Of a stretch of 64,000 bases of DNA, positions 63,137 through 64,000 are shown piece after piece. Origin of the DNA: Planctomycetota bacterium (GTDB lineage: Bacteria > Planctomycetota > JAPUJT01); contig JAPUJT010000124.1 in assembly GCA_027296055.1 (NCBI GenBank), positions 2,992-66,991 of the forward strand, in the 5' to 3' direction. How positions within the stretch are numbered: position 1 is the stretch's first letter; every line of letters starts with the position of its first letter. The notes below the pieces were generated by a model. The model did not search any database, had not been told where the DNA came from, and saw only the letters and a program-made list of their open reading frames with translations. Position numbers and translations under genes: made by a program.

Positions 63137-63678
63137 GCCATCTCTCCCTCAAACGTGTCTCCCACACCGGATTCGAGCACCCCGCGCCAGTAATCTCCCA
63201 TCTGACCCCGTCGCTCCATCGATGCCACACCCGGCCTCTCGGCAGATTCCTCATCGTCGCGAAGAGAAAGCTTGAGCGAGTGGCCCTCCTCCTGAGAGTC
63301 GAAATAGTGGGGGGCGACGGAGTAGTAATGAGAGAGCATCATCCGGAGCTCCTCGTCAAACTTCCGTGCGATGGCCCGGCGGTCCAGCTCTCGGATGATC
63401 TCATCCTGGCCCTCATCATCCAGGTCCCACAGGCCCGTACTCGTTGCCGGCTCGAGCTGGGCGTACCACTGGAGGAACAGGGCTCGCTTCAGGGCCTCCG
63501 TGCCCGGATCCCCATCCGCTATCATCCCGACATATTGTTCGTAGATCGATCCGTACTCTGTGAAGACGCCCCGCTCGTGGAGGAGCCGGAACTTTTCGGG
63601 GGCGGCCCCCTCGGTGGCGGCGGTCCGGCGCAACACCTCCGTCTCGCCTGCCGCCAGCCTCTCCAGTGTGGGGGACAT
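63133..63678 (-). CDS. Hypothetical protein (181 aa), translationally coupled to the ATP-grasp gene
   Basis: ORF with normal amino-acid composition, and the only sensible frame in this interval. 4-nt overlap with the downstream gene. No motif recognised. Confidence 0.55.
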   Translation of the reverse strand: MSPTLERLAAGETEVLRRTAATEGAAPEKFRLLHERGVFTEYGSIYEQYVGMIADGDPGTEALKRALFLQWYAQLEPATSTGLWDLDDEGQDEIIRELDRRAIARKFDEELRMMLSHYYSVAPHYFDSQEEGHSLKLSLRDDEESAERPGVASMERRGQMGDYWRGVLESGVGDTFEGEMA

Positions 63679-63812
63679 GGTGGGGATCGTAGGGATGCAG
63701 CGTCCGTCGGAGCCCTTCGCAGGGGTAAATCGACGGCTCTGGCTGCGGATGAGCCGGGCACACCCTGGTCACCGGCTTCGGAAGGGTATGCCCTGTGTGC
63801 CTCTCTGGCCCT

Positions 63813-64000
63813 TTATTCGCCGGGGGGGGCGGCGGGCTTTCCCCGATCCCGGAGCGCCAACATCTCCTTACGGATATCCTGGCAGAGGTTCTTGACCTCC
63901 TGCATGGTCTTTCGAACTCGAGACGTGGCTGCCTTGTTGCCGCCCTCGGCCTTCGCCACTTCCTCGCGGGTGCTACCGACGAGCTCGACGAGCCTCTCAT
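63813..64000 (-). CDS. Histone H1-like protein, Hc1 (HctA) family; 5'-truncated by the window edge
   Basis: Minus-strand frame entering from the window edge reads ERLVELVGSTREEVAKAEGGNKAATSRVRKTMQEVKNLCQDIRKEMLALRDRGKPAAPPGE* (stop at 63813-63815). The GNKAA..RVRK....K.....RKE block resembles the chlamydial Hc1 N-terminal domain. It is not in the ORF track because it has no start codon inside the window. Confidence 0.5.
   Translation of the reverse strand, partial: ERLVELVGSTREEVAKAEGGNKAATSRVRKTMQEVKNLCQDIRKEMLALRDRGKPAAPPGE

Overview
GC-rich bacterial chromosome segment with strong G/C at codon position 3, probably from an uncultivated diderm (Mla/MCE genes, many lipobox-type signal peptides). 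I read about 40 protein genes. By eye I found no rRNA, tRNA or CRISPR array.

The dominant feature is a ~29-kb run of minus-strand genes (5814-34519):
- an MlaE / MlaF-like / MlaD (MCE) transporter operon plus a TPR lipoprotein;
- two paralogous giant exported proteins (2,865 aa and ~3,863 aa). Each is built from tandem ~115-aa modules (about 18 and 26 copies) and ends in NHL beta-propeller repeats. Each module carries one Asp-box-like SxDxGxT[W/F] motif and a cadherin-like NNDxP boundary;
- a 785-aa NHL-only lipoprotein with a 14-nt gene overlap;
- a Cys-rich 690-aa secreted protein.

Two CARDB-repeat lipoproteins (5 and 8 modules) converge on this cluster. The MlaF-like subunit has every catalytic ABC motif degenerated.

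Other content:
- a REP-associated tyrosine transposase (RAYT) flanked by mirrored triplets of a 23-bp REP-like repeat;
- a 4-hydroxybenzoyl-CoA-reductase-like molybdoenzyme operon (2Fe-2S / Mo / FAD subunits, the FAD subunit with a Cys4 insertion) with a convergent MocA-like gene;
- a lexA-dnaE2 pair with a palindrome filling the lexA promoter spacer, followed by two periplasmic WD40 paralogs and a DUF72 gene;
- a head-only SecD-like protein, an FN3 + delta-60-repeat lipoprotein and purB;
- a PIG-V-like membrane protein and a B12-radical SAM enzyme;
- a VOC protein and an M28 peptidase;
- a translationally coupled hypothetical / ATP-grasp / GATase1 trio;
- a truncated Hc1-type histone-like gene at the right edge.

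All functional calls come from motif recognition in the translated ORFs. No database search was run. Several track ORF starts are non-ATG or look too long. Where a Shine-Dalgarno or promoter motif suggests it, I give the corrected start.
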